From Mantamonas sphyraenae STR306 (taxonomy: Eukaryota > Protista > CRuMs), in assembly GCA_026936335.1 (NCBI GenBank), contig JAPMXV010000077.1, forward strand, positions 1-64,000: a DNA stretch of 64,000 nt. The letters run 5' to 3'. The notes beneath the pieces are model-generated. The model was not told the DNA's origin, searched no databases, and saw only the letters and a list, made by a program, of their open reading frames with translations. The translations under genes and the position numbers were made by a program. Positions within the stretch are counted from its first letter, which is position 1, and each line of letters begins with the position of its first letter. Shown one piece after another: positions 61,938 to 64,000 of this stretch.

Positions 61938-62964
61938 ATGAGCACACGCACATGCAACACATGCGGAACACAGACGGACAAGCCCCAGGACTGCACCCTG
62001 GGGCACACGGTGCCGATTTGGCGCCGAGAAGTGTCGCCACCACCACTGCACAACCACCAGCACCAACACACCCAACACCGCCGCCGCCGCCGCCAAGACG
62101 ACCAAGGCAAAGCCAGGAAGGAGCATGACCCACCGAAGCAGCAAGATCACCACGGAGACGAAGCGAGTGGCCAAGGCGCCGTTTGACCTGGTCTTCCTGG
62201 TCGACACGAGCACTTCCATGCAGGGAGATCGCATGTCTGCAGCCGCCGCTGGGTTCCGCGCCGTTGTGGGTGCCCTGCGCGATTGCGACCGGGTGAGCCT
62301 GTACACCTTTGCGGACAAGGTGAGGAGGGTGTTTGGGCCACTCAAGGCAGCCAAGGTGGATCTGGACAAGGCGGTGGGCACGCTGGAGGAGGCGTGTGGC
62401 AGCCATGGCAGTGGGGTGGAGCAGTTGCTGCAGGCACGGATGACGGATGAGGATCTGGCGAGGGTGTTGCGGGATCAGGCAGGCAGCAGCGCCTTCCAGC
62501 CGGACGGATACACGGCGCTGTACGACGGCATGGACACGGTGATGGACGCCATGGCACAGTGGCAGACACGGAGCAACGCAGGAAAGAGTGCAGGCGCCAA
62601 CCTGGTGGTGATCACCGATGGGGAGGACACGGCGTCGGTGCAGGCTGGGGCCAGGGACGTGACAGCCAAGCTGGGGGCGAGTGGCATCCGCAACTTTCAC
62701 ATGCACTTTGTGGGAGTGGGGCTGGACAGGAGGACGGGGGCACGGTATGCCAGCATGTGCAAGGCGTGGACACACACGCGCATGTGGCACAGCAAGGACG
62801 CAGAGGATCTGGGCACTCATCTGAAGCGGATCAGCACGATGGTGGTGGAGCAGATGGTGCAGGAGGACAGAGAGGTCAAGGTGCATGTGCGCGAGCGACG
62901 CAGGCGCAAGGTGATTGGCCAGCGAAGGGTCAAGGACGATGGGGAGGGCAGTGGGAGGAAGTGA
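61938..62964 (+). CDS. Zinc finger + von Willebrand factor A (VWA) protein; +1 frameshift near 61997 (or alternative start at 62125)
   Basis: MIDAS DLVFLVDTSTSM, TALYDG, VVITDGED. The upstream ACCATG ZnF joins in frame if one C is removed from CTGCACCCTGGGG. Confidence 0.82.
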
Positions 62965-63455
62965 AGAAATGCAGGAGAATGGCACACACACACACACATT
63001 CATGCAGAGAGGTAGAGGGAGGAGGAGGTGGTGTCTATTTGGACACTTGCAATGGGTACGGATGGGCATGTGTGTGGAGATGGAAAACTGGGGTTGCGCC
63101 AATCGCCACACACACACCAACTGCACATGGAGTCCCAAATGGGAGGGTGAAGACATCACTTTTCCTCTGAGCACTCGGGTGTCTGTGTGCACACCACTCC
63201 ATGTTCCACTGCCTCGACACACCCAGGGCACAGCACCCACACACACACACACACACATGGACAATGGCCATATTGGCACCTGTTCGAGGCTATGGGGGGT
63301 GGCAACCAAAGCAGCGAGTCCAACGAAAAGGCCACCCACCGCCCCCTTGGATGGCGACGACGGCACGCAGTTGACTGCATGCAGTGGCCATCACAAAAGA
63401 CATGCGCGGTTGCCATGTGCACAGAGTCAGCCAACCCAACTGACAACCACCCACC

Positions 63456-63674
63456 ATGTCCGGCAACCCATACCAGCGAGGATCCACTGCCTACCAGCGA
63501 GGATTGGCTGCTCACTACCGGCAGCAGGACGACAACCACCAGCGGACCATCCTGAGTCCCGGTGAGCGACGATGGGTCAACTACGCCATCCATGACCCAT
63601 CCACGTCCCACAACCCTCGGGTAGAGCAGATGCTGCGCACCATCCAGGACCGACATCCCAACCTGCGACGATGA
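63456..63674 (+). CDS. Small hypothetical protein (72 aa)
   Basis: CCACCATG start and protein-like composition between CA-rich spacers. Confidence 0.4.
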   Translation: MSGNPYQRGSTAYQRGLAAHYRQQDDNHQRTILSPGERRWVNYAIHDPSTSHNPRVEQMLRTIQDRHPNLRR

Positions 63675-64000
63675 GGCAGCGCCCGCCACCCACACCCACC
63701 CACCCACACACCCAATGCACACCCACATTCCCCCAACACCCTCCACTCTCTGTAACCCATCCCAGTCCATGGGCACACGTCCTCTTGCTCATGTCTTGAT
63801 CCAACTTGTGGGACAGTGCACACACCACTGGAGGTGAAGGGCGAGACCACATCCATGTGGTCGTCCATTGGGTTCCACGTGTGCATAGATGGACACTTTG
63901 AATGGTGTGGGATTGCATAGAATGCACGAGTGCAGTTGGAGGACTGCACCCAAAATTGGACGACTGCCCGAGGCCCAGACGCGCCCACCCTTGTCCAGAT

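Noticed and set aside
60458-63366. Long ORFs 60458-62128(+) and 61729-63366(-)
   Set aside because: Antisense shadows of the RBR and VWA genes.
1-64000. Species assignment; tRNA/rRNA genes
   Set aside because: Features fit several protist lineages, so no assignment is made. No RNA gene was recognised by eye.

Overview
Left end of a GC-rich eukaryotic (protist-like) chromosome. The evidence is a (CCCTAA)n telomere and short GT-AG introns, many with CTGAC/TTGAC/CTAAC branch points. From the telomere inward: a 2-exon gene with two tandem winged-helix-like domains only ~290 bp from the telomere; an ~8.45-kb 152-bp satellite with higher-order structure; two tandem paralogs resembling catalytically dead tyrosine-recombinase folds, with a loxP/FRT-like 9-8-9 inverted repeat upstream; and two orphan genes. 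From 22 to 63 kb lies a duplication-rich cluster of conflict, immunity and ubiquitin genes: patatin phospholipase; an LRR-Ank-LRR-Roc-COR (Roco) protein; two LRR-Ank paralogs with a different C-terminus and different LRR counts; a Crinkler-like coiled-coil/REase/kinase gene between direct repeats; tandem F-box genes; tandem BTB-BACK-SPRY genes; and a head-to-head RBR E3 / VWA pair sharing an inverted-duplicated zinc-finger start. Domain calls are by motif recognition only and no database searches were run. Exon structures were inferred by hand from splice signals and frame consistency.
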